A stretch of 63,680 nt of DNA from assembly GCF_001194135.2 (NCBI RefSeq), contig NC_068983.1, forward strand, positions 98,510,142 through 98,573,821. Reading direction: 5' to 3'. Position 1 is the first letter of the stretch, and every line of letters begins with the position of its first letter. The translations under genes were made by a program, and so were the position numbers. This DNA is from Octopus bimaculoides (Eukaryota). The notes under the pieces are model-generated. The model was not told the DNA's origin and did no database searches. It saw only the letters and a list, made by a program, of their open reading frames with translations. This document shows positions 33,851 to 46,789 of the stretch, piece by piece.

Positions 33851-35899
33851 ATAATATAAGAAAGCTTATGCACAAATTTTTATTAAATATATTTAGTATA
33901 TTCTACATTAGAGCAGTCTTATTAATTTACCATGTATGCCCTCAAATACCTTTCACATCATTTACTTTCTGTCCACTCTCCCATGCTGGCATGGCTTGTA
34001 GGAAGATTCATTGAAGAACCATTTTTACAGCTAGATGCTTTTCTTGATGCCAACCCTTATTTGTTTTTTTCAAATTAGGAACTTTTTATTCTGATGGTCT
34101 TCAGAACCACAGAGCGACAAGAGGCATTGTTTATCAGGAATGTAAACACATCACTGTTCAGCTCAAGCAGTATAATGCAAGGACTCATGGAGTACAAACA
34201 TACACACATACATGCAAATGTATGTGTGTGTGTAATGCATTTAAGCTATCTGTTGCCATTACTGAAAGCTTTAAGAGCTCATCATACCCAAAGTTGTCTT
34301 ACTGTGTGTCATTTCACCTCTCAAATATACATCCACCAACATTATTTGCTTAATACATAGACCCAATGCTGGGTCGATCCATCCTTTTGACAGATATTGA
34401 TTTTGTCCTGCTGAGTATCTTTCAGCCCTGCTCACCAGATAAGCTACTGGGTGGTGAAGTGCTAATTTAATTGCCGATAACCTGACCATGTAACAGGTTG
34501 TACTGGCTTATATATATTAATACTCAGGGTGAAGTGACAACATATATGCATACATACACACATCCATATATATATGGATGGATGACTCTCAATTGATGAT
34601 GGAGTTGTAAGGATGCCTTCAAGATATATGGGCTGGCTTGGGCATCTTAAACCTGGCAGACCTTATTATTCTTCAGGCTTGAATGATGATGATGATGGAG
34701 GAGGAAAAATCCTGGTACTGGCCTGAAACTTCTTGTGCCAAGCTTGACAGAATAGAAGGCAAAGTCAACCTTGGCAGGATTTGAACTTAGAATACAGAAT
34801 TTCAAGACAAACACTACAAGGCATTCTATCCAACATTCTAATGATTCCGCCATTTCACATTTATAACTAGACTACCCATGACCCACTGGGTCACTGACAG
34901 TTCAAGTTATAAAACATAAAAGCTGATTTCAACATTGCATTGAAATTAAAGTCAATTTTATGATGATTCATTTAAATATTTCAGTTCATTTGTGTCATCA
35001 TAGGTCTGGTTTACAAGTTTGTGTTTCAAGCATCCAATTCATGATCTTTCCTGCTTTTGTCTCTTTTCCTCTGTTCCACCAGATGCTCAGCTCTCCGAGT
35101 TTCAAATTCTTGATCTCTCTTGCTTCTGTCTCTTTCCCTCTATTCTGCCAGATGCTCAGCCCTTCCTTTATCAGTCTCATCAATCTTTCTATTTCCATGC
35201 CTGTCCCAATCTTGTTGTTGGTGTTCACCACTATCTTGCTTACCTTCTTTGGCTCTCCTTAGCTGCACACTCTTCCCACTATATGTAGACCAACCAGGTG
35301 TGTTCTTCCTTCCTCATTGAGGCATGATCTAAGAATAAAAAATCATATTCATCTTAGAAAAAATTCCTATTATCTCAAAAAATATTTTTTTAAATCAGCA
35401 TTTAAAAATATTTCTAAACAATTAAAATAGTATCTGCTTAAAGAAAGCTTAATATAAATATTTACTTTACAAACAACTCATATTTTTCGAATCATATTCA
35501 CTTAAAAATACTTATAATGATTGAAATATTGTCTGTTTAAAGAAATCTGAAATATAAATACTCATTGTACAAACAATTTGTACTTTTTAGGGTTGTATTA
35601 CTTTCGGAGTATTTTCCCATTATGTGCCATTTAGGCTATTTAAGAAGGTCCCCCCCACCCAAAAAAATGTGTATCTTGGGAATCCGTGGTCTGATTTATG
35701 TGAAACTTATTCTATGCCGTTTGTATTCACATTTCAGGGGTACCTTACTTTCAGAGTATTTTCCCATTATGTGTCAGTTTGGCTCATATTAAATTACAGA
35801 CAAGCACGTACACAAGCAAGCACACAAGCAAGCAATCACAAAGTTTTAGTAGTATATAGATATATGTATGTGAGTGTATATACATCAATAGCATTTAGT

Positions 35900-36075
35900 A
35901 TCCATGTTTCCTGCGGGCATGGATTGAACAGTTTGACCAGATCTGACAGGTCCAAGGACTGTATCATGCTCCACTTCCTACTTTGGCATGGACACCCTTT
36001 CTAATGCTAAGTGGACACCTTTTCTAATGCCAACTACATTACAGTGTGTACTGGGTGCTTTTTACCTGACAACAG
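35900..36075 (-). mobile_element. RTE 3' UTR fragment
   Basis: ccatgtttcctgcgggcatggattgaacag, ttctaatgccaac, gtactgggtgctttt. Confidence 0.7.
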
Positions 36076-36129
36076 CATTTAGAAATGTCAACATACATCT
36101 TACAAAACTACAAACTCCAACAGAAGTGG

Positions 36130-36830
36130 CTTTATGCAAGATGAAGTATGAAATGTAAAGTATGAATGAAGGGACCAATGGAGGGAACAGGAGCTACATG
36201 ACGACATAGAAGGAAAGGTGGGGATGATCAGAGTAGTGCAGGGAAAAAATAAAAATAGTGGTGATGAGCTGTCTGGATTGACCTTGACCTTCAAGGAACA
36301 AAATGAGTAGACATGAAGTGCGGGTAGGGGGACAGAACGATAAGTGCAGATGGGTAGAGGTTGCAAGAGTATATGGGAGAGTGAGAGATGTGGAATAGTG
36401 GAAGAAAGTGAATATAATGAATAAAGAACAAATTTTGAGGAGTGAATGTAGTAAATGTTGGACAGGGTGCAGGGTAACCAATGATGCATGGGGGTGAAGA
36501 GCAACAGAATAGTAATATTGGGGTACAGTAGACAAAAGAAGGATGAGAGAGAGATGGAGAGAGAGAAAGAGAGATAGATGATATGTGACTGGGTAGGTTG
36601 CAAGAATATGGGATGGAGAGAGATAGGCATAGTGCATTGAGAAAGAGAGAGAAAGAGAGAGAGATCATGGTGAAAAAGGAGGGAAAATTTGGTAGTTCAG
36701 CCATGTGATTGATGTAAAATGTGGGTGGAGAAAACTGTATTAATGGCTGAAGGATAACTAACAATGAAATGATTTGGGGCAGCAAGAATGATTAGTGGCT
36801 GCAAGGAAACACTGCAGCTAGAGAGATGAT
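36130..36830. repeat. Purine-rich low-complexity tract
   Basis: Plus strand strongly G/A-rich. Confidence 0.7.
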
Positions 36831-36890
36831 AGTGGGAATGTCTTGAGAAGAAAACTGGACAAAAGGCTCAGTTGTGTGCATGTGAGATAT

Positions 36891-36927
<37 letters not shown>

Positions 36928-37014
36928 TATACACACATATACAGACACATACAGCACTTCTAGAACTTTCTTTCACTGAGTTGGGTGGGTTTTCTTGAGA
37001 ATCACATATCACCA

Positions 37015-37385
37015 GTCATCCTAGTCCCTTGACATCTGCATGAGGTTCAAGGTCCTGAGTTAGCCTTCACCACTTTGTCCCATGTCTTCCTGGGGTCCCT
37101 TCTTCCACAAGTGCCATCCACATTGAGTGGGCAACTCTTCTTTCTTCAGTTGTCTTCATCCATACACAAATCCATACCAGTGCAGCAGTTTTCTTTCTTG
37201 CATACTGCATCAGATTCCTCTTTTGCCCAGTTTTTCTCTCAATACATTTGTTCTATGTCAGTCATGCCCACTTTCAATACACAGCCAACAGAACATGCTC
37301 ACTTCATTTGTTTCCTGTCTTCTCAAGTCCTCTGCATTCAAAGCCTATATCTCATTATCATGCAGCATTGCAATTCTAAAATCTA
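37015..37385 (-). mobile_element. RTE LINE RT C-terminal fragment
   Basis: Minus strand gives V.GTCGRRDPRKTWDKVVK and ttgagagaaaaactgggcaaaagagg, as in the 2010-2701 copy. Confidence 0.75.
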
Positions 37386-37391
37386 TCTACA

Positions 37392-37625
37392 GTGTAACAA
37401 GGCTGACCCTTTGAATTACAGGCACAACAGAAACAGGAAAAAAGAGCGAGAGAAAGTTGTAGTGAAAGAGTACAGCAGGGTTCGCCACCATCCCCTGCTG
37501 GAGCCTCATGGAGCTTTAGGTGTTCTCGCTCAATAAACATTCACAATGTCCGGTCTAGGAATCAAAACCGCAATCCTATGACCGCGAGTCCGCTGCCCTA
37601 ACCACTGGGCCATTGCGCCTCCACT
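37392..37625 (-). mobile_element. SINE family C, 5' portion
   Basis: Minus strand gtggaggcgcaatggcccagtggttagggcagcggactcgcggtcatagg; nearly the same as 62760-62981. Confidence 0.9.
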
Positions 37626-37854
37626 ATCATTCCACCACCACAATGCTTTCAGGCAGGCTGTGCTTTGCCTCAGCCTCATATATAATCTGTAGCTCTAAGT
37701 ATGTTATTTTGCAGAAATTCTCACTTGTCATCTATGCAACTGATATCAAAATCTTTCTCTCTATAGTAATATGCTTCGATTAGAATTTCCCTAAAATCTA
37801 TTCTCACTTGTGGGGTCTTTTAATTTCCATATCTTTCTTTTCCATATCACCCTT

Positions 37855-38275
37855 TGCTTTTGTGTCTGCCTAGTTCTGACTCTGAAGTCTCTCATCACTT
37901 ATTTATATTACATAGTGCATTCTTTACCAGGAAAAGTTTTGATGCTTACAATAGTCTTTCTGTACTGTTTCCTAGTGGGAATATAATCTTTCTGACTTGT
38001 GTGTTTGCCAAATTGGTAGGTGATAAGGTGATTGGATGGTTTCCTGGAGTGAATCTAGCAAATTGTTGGAACAGTTGCATCACAGCAGAATTCCAGAAGC
38101 CTTACATCCTCCCCATTTCTTGAATGATATCCATATCCTCCATATACGTCACAGAAGGCATCAATGTGGTGGCCGATTTATCTGTTGAAGTTACTGACCA
38201 TGATGATGAAGTCACTGTCAATCATCATTGGGGTAGTTTGCAGTAGAGTCTCATAGCAGAGGTCCTTCTGTGTTT
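37855..38275 (-). mobile_element. RTE LINE APE-endonuclease fragment (degenerate)
   Basis: Minus strand gives DFIIMVSNFN..IGHH...YGGYGYHSRNGEDVRLLEFC...HLITYQFG.HTSQKDYI...KTFPGKECT, matching the GDFN/GHGFG.RN/SQIDY/ECT.QH motifs. Confidence 0.75.
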
Positions 38276-38945
38276 CTGTCTATTCTGCCTGTGAGGCATA
38301 TTCAGAGATTAAGAAATTCCTGTTGAATTGCCTATAACTTGACCTATCTTAATTATTCAATTGCACACCCTAACTAAATTACTTTATCTATTCATTTCTC
38401 AGCTAGCAGTTTGCCTACTCTACTCCTACTGTTACTATTACTCACCCAGAAGAATTTGTATTATTATCTCTTTTCTGTAAGAAGTTTTGGCTGAGGTTCC
38501 TTTCCATCTTATCTCTTGCACATAACACACAACCACTCATTTCCATCATTTCTACAATCTCACCAGATTTACCTCTCACCATATTTTTCTGTATGGTTGT
38601 AGCCCACAAGTTTTAGAACCTACAGGAAGAAGGGTTATATCTTTGGTGGGAAGGCTGTTTGGTTGCTGGTCCATTACTGCTTGATGATATCTGCACTGTG
38701 AGGAATAAGAAAAACCACGCTGTGATTTGTCAACAGGTGATAGTTTTGCGCACATTATTATGTTTGTCCCCTCTTTTACTTTGACATCGTTCATTCATTC
38801 TTCAATACTTGCTGTATCTTTTATAAAAGGGTGCCATTTACAACTATTATCAATAAATAGTAAGTATCCCTGACGTCATTAGCATTACTGATGTTATGGG
38901 TGTTTACTATGATTTTTTTATTACTGCAGTTGGCAGAATGTTGAT

Positions 38946-39127
38946 AAGGAAGGGGTGTTGAGAAGGAAGGGGTGTTGAGAAGGAAGGGGTGTTGAGAAGG
39001 AAGGGGTGTTGAGAAGGAAGGGGTGTTGAGAAGGAAGGGGTGTTGAGAAGGAAGGGGTGTTGAGAAGGAAGGGGTGTTGAGAAGGAAGGGGTGTTGAGAA
39101 GGAAGGGGTGTTGAGAAGGAAGGGGTG
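38946..39127 (+). repeat. 17-bp G-rich minisatellite (aaggaaggggtgttgag) x10.7, perfect
   Basis: Direct reading; the 17-aa periodicity of ORF 38921..39148 confirms the unit length. Confidence 0.97.
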
Positions 39128-39429
39128 GAGGATCTGTATCTGGTACATGAAGTTTATGATCTATGCATAGATCATAAAGGGGTGTCTATCAGGCCTTTTT
39201 ACTTCTCAGGGAAGAAAAGTAAGAATGAAAGATTTCTGATGTAGGTGGTGAGATTGGGATTAGATGGCTGCATCACAAGTGAGTGGGCCCTAAACTTCCA
39301 TGACAGAAAAAGGATATTAAAGAAAATAGGAACATATTGATTAAAGTGGGGGCTAAAAGGGCAACTTAAACATTAGAATGTAAAGTAGTCAATGAATGTG
39401 ACAAAAATTAAAGATAGTTTAGAACTTGG

Positions 39430-39840
39430 TATTACTGGTTACTTGATGAGAGTTATGTATGTATGTTGGTTAAGAATTTGATTAACTACATCTTTGTGTG
39501 GGGAGAGATGAGAATTGAGAAATGTCCTGTGTTCATGCTTGGAGAAGTGCATTGTAGACAAAGTGATTCTTTTTAACTCGAGGTTGAGATGCAACCAAGA
39601 ATTCTGTTTGTCCATCTTCACTGGGACCTCTCAACCTCTGCTACATGTGTTGTGCAGGTTGTACATATCCTGTCCCTCTCCCTACAAGATCTTGGCACAA
39701 ATCTCAGTTTGTAACCATCAACTGTATGATTGCAGCTGAAATACTATTAGTCAGAATCCAGAGCAAGTCATCTGATATACTGTGGCCTATTTCTCATTAC
39801 TGAACTAATGCGGTTTCAAATCTAAGCCTGACTACAATAG
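39430..39840. repeat. Unclassified dispersed repeat, copy 2 (copy 1 at 2720-3140)
   Basis: Shared sequence blocks; both give NVLC.CLEKC..DKVIL in one frame. Confidence 0.6.
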
Positions 39841-40396
39841 GAAAACAAGAAATTTGATGCTTATCTTTGCATGCTTTTATTTCTTATGGCTGTCTGATAG
39901 GAGTGGAATGGTGAAAGTGATAAAATTCATAGAACATGTATTATAAGGAGTAGGAAAGAGAGAGAGAGACAAAAAAATTAAATGTATATAGATTTACATA
40001 TCATATGCATGTATGTGTGTGTGTATGTGCATGTGTAAATGTGTGTTACATAGAAAATGAAGGCTCCTGGTTGTTTAATATGCTAGTGTGAATAACAATT
40101 ATTGTATTTGTGATGTACTTGTTTGACCAGTAGCTTGATCTGACTAGGTGTATTGAAATACATCATAGAAGAGATGTGATAGCCATTTAAAAATGTATTG
40201 TTATATTCACGATGTACTGTTATATTGTTATATTCATCATTATCTTCACTTGTGTTTGTTTTTTTCTTTTTTTTTCTATTATATTATATACTATTAAGTG
40301 TAAAAAGAAAAAAAAAATGGAGATGAAAGTGTCAGTGACAAGGTTATAGAAATACAGCAAAATCTTTTGACCCATTATTATTAAGCAAGCAATGAA

Positions 40397-40632
40397 GGCA
40401 GTGAACTGGCAGAATCATTAGCACACTGGGCAAAATGCTTAGCAGCATTTCGTCTATCTGCATGCTCTGAGTTCAAATTTTGCCAAAGTCAACTTTGCTT
40501 TTCCTCCTTTCAAGGTCGACAAATTAAGTACCAGTGAAACACTGGGGTAATGTAATCAATTAGTCTTCTTACCACAAATTTCAGGCCTTGTGTCTTTAGT
40601 AGAAAGGATTATTATTATTATTATTATTATTA
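40397..40632 (+). mobile_element. SINE family B with (ATT)n tail
   Basis: aggcagtgaactggcagaatc head, gagttcaaatt, aaatttcaggccttgtg..agtagaaaggattattatt. Confidence 0.85.
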
Positions 40633-40794
40633 TAAATATATGCGTATATCCATACATATATGTACATACCTACATCTATATGTATACATATATGCATATA
40701 TGGGTACAGGACATAAAAAAAACGTTAAAAACAATGAGAAACGAAAACATAGAAAACAAACTTTTTTTGAACAACAAAAAAACAAACAGAAATG

Positions 40795-41135
40795 AGACAT
40801 CCAGGCAGTTGAGGGCATATCTGGGAGGGCCACTATGAAAAGCAGTGGTCCCAAGACAGTGCCCTGTGTAACACCGTTCACTATTTGTGTTTTCATTGAG
40901 GTGGCTCCATTGGCCACTACTGCCTGACTTCTATCTTTCAGAAAGTCATGTAACCACACTCCAAGTTTTCCAGCTATGCCGAGATCATGCAGTTTGTGGC
41001 ATATCATACCATGATTCACTGTATCAAAAGCTTTTGGAAAATCAAGGTTGATTTGAGTTGTTATTTTCTTCAAGGAATGCGATTACTTTCCCTCTGACTA
41101 TCCGTTCCATGACTTTGCTGAGAGATTGGCCTTAT
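40795..41135 (-). mobile_element. CR1/L2-like LINE reverse transcriptase fragment
   Basis: ORF 40630..41073: LDFPKAFDTVNHG..LHDFLKDRSQAVVANGATS....NGVTQGTVLGPLLFIV; upstream frameshifted RPISL.SKVMERIV. Confidence 0.9.
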
Positions 41136-41312
41136 ATNNNNNNNNNNNNNNNNNNNNNNNNNNNNNNNNNNNNNNNNNNNNNNNNNNNNNNNNNNNNNNN
41201 NNNNNNNNNNNNNNNNNNNNNNNNNNNNNNNNNNNNNNNNNNNNNNNNNNNNNNNNNNNNNNNNNNNNNNNNNNNNNNNNNNNNNNNNTATATATGCATA
41301 TATATAGATATA

Positions 41313-42575
41313 TATCATCATCATTTAACGTCCGCTTTCCATGTTAGCATGGGTTGGACGATTTGACTGGAGACTGGCGAACCAGATGGCTACACCCGAT
41401 TCCAATCTAATCTGGCAGAGTTTCTACAGCTGGATGCCCTTCCTAACGCCAACCACTCTTTTACATGCCACCGGCACGAGGGCCAGTCCAGCGGTACTGG
41501 CAACGGCCACACTCAAATGGTGTTTTTTACGTACCACCTGCACAGGAGTCAGTCCAATGTTTTGTTCACATGTCACTGGCACAAGTGCCAGTAAGGCAAA
41601 GCTGGAAACAATCGTGTTCAAATGGTGCTTTTTATGTGCCACTAGCACGGGAGCGAGACCACTGCTCTGGCAGTGATTCCGCTCGGATGGTGCTGTTAGC
41701 GCTCTACTGGCACAGGTGCCAGTCATCAAATTTGGTTCAGTTTCGATCTCACTTGCCCCAATAGGTCTTCACAAGCTGAGTTTAATGTCCAATGAAGGAA
41801 GGTTGGCATGGGTGCCAGTCATCGAATTTGTTTCAATTTCGATATTTATATATTGATATATAAAGATATCATCATCATCATAATCGTTTAACGTCCGCTT
41901 TCCATCCTAGCATGGGTTGGACGATTTGACTGAGGACTGGTGAAACCAGATGGCTACACCAGGTTCCAATCTGATTTGGCAGAGTTTCTACAGCTGGATG
42001 CCCTTCCTAACGCCAACCACACAGAGAGTGTAGTGGGTGTTTTTTACGTGCCACCGGCATGAAGGCTAGTCAGGCGGTACTGGCAACGGCCACGCTCAAA
42101 ATGGTGTATTTTATGTGCCACCCGCACAAGAGCCAGTCCAGGGGCACTGGCAACGATCTCGCTCGAAAGTCCTTGCAGATGCCACGAGCACAAGTGCCAG
42201 AAAGGCGATGCTAGGCACAGGTGCCATCACAATTTCACTTTTGCTTGCCCCAATAAGTCCTCGCAAGCTAAGTTTCCTGTCCAATGAGGGAGACGATGTT
42301 AGCATGGTTGCCAGACGTCAAATTTAACTCGATTTCGATTTCACTTGCCTCAACAGGTCTTCGCAAGTGGAGTTTAGTGTCCAATGAAGGAAGGAAGGTA
42401 CGCATAAGTGGACTGGCTGAGGCCTTAGATTTAGATCTCACTTGGCTTGCTGGGTCTTCTCACGCACAGCATATTTCCAATTGGCAGAGTTTCTACAGCT
42501 GGATGCCCTCCCTAACGCCGACCACTCAGAGAGTGTAGTGGGTGCTTTTACGCGCCACCGGCACGAAGGCCAGTA
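41313..42575 (-). mobile_element. Three tandem RTE 3' UTR copies (41313-41840, 41871-42470, 42478-42575)
   Basis: (CAT)n-ttaacgtccgctttccat..gcatgggttggacg at two copies; ttggcagagtttctacagctggatgccc..cctaacgcc.accac occurs three times. Confidence 0.85.
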
Positions 42576-42675
42576 TATATATATATATATACTGAGGGTG
42601 ATAAATTGAATATTAATTTAATTAACATCAATTTAAAACCAGTGGCCTAGCATATAAAAAAATCTGAAAATTCAG

Positions 42676-43165
42676 AAAAATTGTATTACATGCATATAAG
42701 AAGGAAGGGATGACCACTAAGTGGACATCTGATATCCTAGAAAATGATCATCTACAATCTAACCACAAAGAAAAGAATGTTCTCCAGAAAAATTCAGCAA
42801 ACACCAGAACATAAGAGGGCAAGACAAATGAAAATATACAAAATAAAGAATTAATCGTATACCGGGTTTCGCCATCAACTCTTTTACTTACGTAAAAAAC
42901 GTCCGTGGCTTGTCAGTACAACCGTTCTAATTCAATATAATTTGCCAAACTATACACAAATTGTCTCCATAAAGTTTGATGTGCGTACAGTTCTACCGAT
43001 TATATTGGGATTATTTTCAAATGTCTCAGCTCTGGTGTGCTAATCCCTGAATTTTTTCTGGAGAACATTCTTTTCTTTGTGGTTAGATCGTAGATTATCT
43101 TTTTCTAGCATGTCAGATGCCTTCTTAGTGGTCATCCCTTCCTATACGCATGTAATACAATTTTT
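42676..43165. mobile_element. Inverted repeat (arms 42676-42808 and 43031-43165) enclosing a hammerhead; Penelope-like inverted LTR relic
   Basis: aaaaattgtattacatgc..gggatgaccactaag..ctaaccacaaagaaaagaatgttctccagaaaaattcag and its reverse complement. Confidence 0.8.
42855..42921 (-). ncRNA. Type I hammerhead ribozyme motif (G8A variant)
   Basis: Minus strand UUGUA-CUGACAA-GCCA...UGGC-GAAA-CCCGG-UA-UACGA: stem I 5 bp, stem II 4 bp, short stem III, triplet GUA. Confidence 0.7.
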
Positions 43166-43548
43166 TTTAAGGGCCGCCTAATTGGGGCTCCACTGATCCC
43201 TCTATTTTTACTGCATTTTTAAGCTAAATACATGGCATTGGCAACCGAAATAGAGCAATGACAATGAATTTCATACCATGAATTCTGAGGGAGCATTGTA
43301 AGGACGTTCAAACTCTGAAGGGCTACTTAAATGGGATGCCACTGACCCCACTATTTTTACTGCATTTACTTTGCTCCTATACTCATTGATTAAACTACAA
43401 TCAGCATTAGTGCTTAGCAAATTTGCAGAAATAAGTTTCACCACACAAGGGTCGAGTGCTGCAATACGGCCAGATAGTGGGACTGAAGGCCTCAAAGCTT
43501 CTCTTTGGACAGAAAATGAATGCTGCCCGAAGGGCAGCTTCAAGGCTA

Positions 43549-43596
<48 letters not shown>

Positions 43597-43728
43597 GACA
43601 AGCATCTTTCAGTTTCCAACAACCAAATCCACTCACAAGACATTGTTTGGCCCAAGGCTGCCCAAGGTGCCATGCATTGGGACTGAAGTTGTAACCATGT
43701 AGTTAGGAAGCAAGTGTCTTACCACACA
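43597..43728 (-). mobile_element. SINE family A head
   Basis: ctttcagtttcc..accaaatccactcacaag..gcccaaggtgcca..gggactgaa. Confidence 0.75.
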
Positions 43729-44124
43729 GTTGACTCTATATATGTAGAACATGTATAAATGTATGGACAACCTTTTTACTAGAAGCAGGCTTCATGAGAG
43801 AGATCTGACACATCATGAGATGGGCTGCACTGCTACAAAAATTCGAGGTCATTTTTCGTTGGTATGCCATTCAGAAAGAACCATAAGTCGCAGTCTGACC
43901 ATGACTGACACAGAATGATAAAGTTCATTATGGCATGCTTGGCAGAGAATAATAATGTTTGATAGTGTTCTTCTGGAAAGCTATTTCAGTAGAGTATATG
44001 TTTTCCCTTTGTGTCTCATCCCCATGCTGCACCGCCTCACACCTAAAGAATGTATGGGCACATCAGACTGAGAATCTTTTATGGCAATTGAACTTAAACG
44101 AACTGTTCAATGATCTCTCCTTCC

Positions 44125-44250
44125 TTCCTATCTATCTATCTATCTATCTATCTATTTATCAATCTCTGTTTATCTTTCTATCAATCTGTCTATCAATTTG
44201 TCTATCTATCTATCTATCTATCTATCGATCGATCGATCGATTGATCAATC
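44125..44250. repeat. (CTAT)n/(CGAT)n microsatellite
   Basis: Direct reading. Confidence 0.9.
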
Positions 44251-44339
44251 GAGCGGTCTATTACTACAGTCACCACATGACATCTGTTGGAACCATTGTT
44301 ATCTACAATGTAGAGATGAGACAGAGCAGTGGGCTGGTA

Positions 44340-45010
44340 GGGGTTACATAGAACAAGATGAAAGAACGATGAAAGATAACGAGAATGGTGGGAAATGAGA
44401 GAGAAAGCATAAAACGAAAAGGAATATGATAAAATGTAGGGATTTGTGGAGTAAATAAATAGTAAAGAGAAAATGAGGAAAAGAAGAAAGGGAAAATTAG
44501 TGATATCAAAGGAAAAAGTGGAACGGTGAGGAAGGGAATGGAAAGGTAAAGGTAGAGAGAGACAGAATTAAATGCGGGGAACGAAATGGCATAGGGAGAA
44601 AGAAAATGTAAGGGGAGAAGAATGAGGAAAAACGTGCGAGAAAGTGGGAGAGGGTGAAAGTGAAGAAGAATAAGAAGGCAAAGGAGGAAGAATGACAGAG
44701 AGAAATAGAGAAGGCGGGGAAAGAATTTTAAAAAAGGGAAGAGGGGACCCAGGCTGGAATAACGAATGGAGAAAGGAGCCAGTAAGAATGAGAGGAATAA
44801 TGAATAAAGAATGTGTGATGTTTTAATGATAAAAAATACACACATCTTGTAGAAACATCCACCTCATTCGCCTACAAATCTTCATACCATCTCCTCTTCC
44901 ACCTCTTTTCACATCTTACAAATTCCCTTGTTTCTCCTCTTCCGTTGCTGCCTCACATCTTATATTGAGTTGAATCATGTGTAGAAGCTATCTCACTTCC
45001 ATTCACATTC
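44340..45010. repeat. Purine-rich tract (44340-44830) followed by a pyrimidine-rich tract (44860-45010)
   Basis: Strand-asymmetric low-complexity sequence. Confidence 0.7.
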
Positions 45011-45699
45011 TACACTGCTCTCTCTCTCTGTTACACGAACACGTATACATAACTATATAGCTTACATGTTTACGAACGCTTACACACACATATAAACCCA
45101 CGTACATGTATTCCCGTTGAAAAATAACATAGTCGGCCCATGTAATAATGTTGCATACAGAACTCACTCTACAGCGCACGTTCATAACACATGCAGCACT
45201 GAGCATCTACACTAACTCAGACACACTGCCTCACTCGCACACGCATTTAAGCAGGCAGGGCGTGCTATTTGATGTAATGTTACGTTTTAGCATTCCTTCG
45301 TGAGGAAATATTAACTTAGGTATTTTCATGGGGCCGACATGTAATAGTAGGTGTGATAGTTGATGGATAATTGGTGGCAGGTGGGTAGTAACTAGTTCGA
45401 GATGCGAAACTGGCTAGAAGGAAATCTGCTGCTGATAGGTATTAACTGGCTGAAAGTGGGGGTAATGATGAGGTTTTATAACTAGCTGGAGATAGATAGA
45501 GGATTTATAACTAGGAGATAGAGAGCTGGAAGATGGTGGGGAAACTGATGGAAGATAAGCAACCGATAGAAGGTGGATAGATGGCAACAATGTGGTGGGC
45601 AGAGGGTAAGCTGCAGATTTGTAGCTCATTTTGAGTCATTCAAAGAATTTTATTTTTCATATATGTAGGTCATTTCCTTATACAGATTTGTGACGCACA

Positions 45700-46170
45700 C
45701 TCACTACTTTATGACATTTAAAGTTACACCCCGAGTTTCTATGACATTTGTTGTTACACTCACGAGTTATTTTTCTTCTTTCATTTATTTATTGTAGCTT
45801 ACTCAGAGGAAGAAAAGCTGCCGCTATGTCACCCCTACTTCTTTTACAGACGGCATTCGATGTTATCTTCAAACCAGAAACCTAAGCAAAATGCTTACAA
45901 CATATTATACACTCTGCTAAAAGCACTCAAAGACCAGGTGCTATTTAAAGCTACACTCAATTTTATGACCTAGCTGCACTCATGATTTTATAACATTTAC
46001 TGTCACACTAGCTATTTTATGACATTTACGGGATTATAATATTTACAGCAACACCCACGATTTTTATGGGATTTACAGCTCCACTCCATTTTTATAAGAG
46101 TTACAGATACAATATTTACTGCTACACTCACGTGTTTAATGATACAGCTATACTCTCAATTTTACGAAAC
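45700..46170 (+). repeat. Degenerate minisatellite, unit about 29 bp (ttttatgacatttacagctacactcacga-like)
   Basis: Recurrent tttatgacattt....tacac(t/c)c motifs. Confidence 0.55.
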
Positions 46171-46789
46171 TTTTATGAAAAGGCTATTGTAATAGTGGTA
46201 GAAGAAAGAGCCTAATTGTAGGACAGTAAATTTAGCTTTGTTGCTGAATGAATCTTTGCCAATCAGGTATATGGTATTTTCTGTGTGTGTAGCAATAGCA
46301 CTCACCCTGATGTGTAAATAATATTGTGTAAGTTGCACTTGTAACTTCAACAGGATCAACAGCTGTTCACGGTTAAATTTACTATCGCAAAAAGAACTAG
46401 GTTTTAGATACAGTTTAGGCAAGATATGTGTGCGTGTTGTATATGTGTATGTGTGAATATATATATACAAATATATATAAACAGACACACGTAATATACA
46501 TATGTATGTATGAGAGTATTTGTGTTGATTCTAAGGCCTAGCTAGCATGTCTAGTAGCTTTGAAGATTTTGCTTTCATGTTATTCTAGAGCAATGCTTCT
46601 CAAAGTGGGTAGTAGCGACCCCTATGGGGTTTTGGAAAATTTCATGTGGGTACGCGGGGAAGGGGGGAAGTAAGAGTACGATCGGTGCATCTTTTCATTG
46701 CTCTAATTTTCACAAATATTTTCAACTTGGTAATAAAAACTAAGGGGTAGATAAGTCAACTCCTTACACAACACATACGCCTGCAAAAT

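Noticed and set aside
38946-39127. CRISPR-like array
   Set aside because: Repeats are contiguous with no spacers, the context is eukaryotic, and there are no cas genes.
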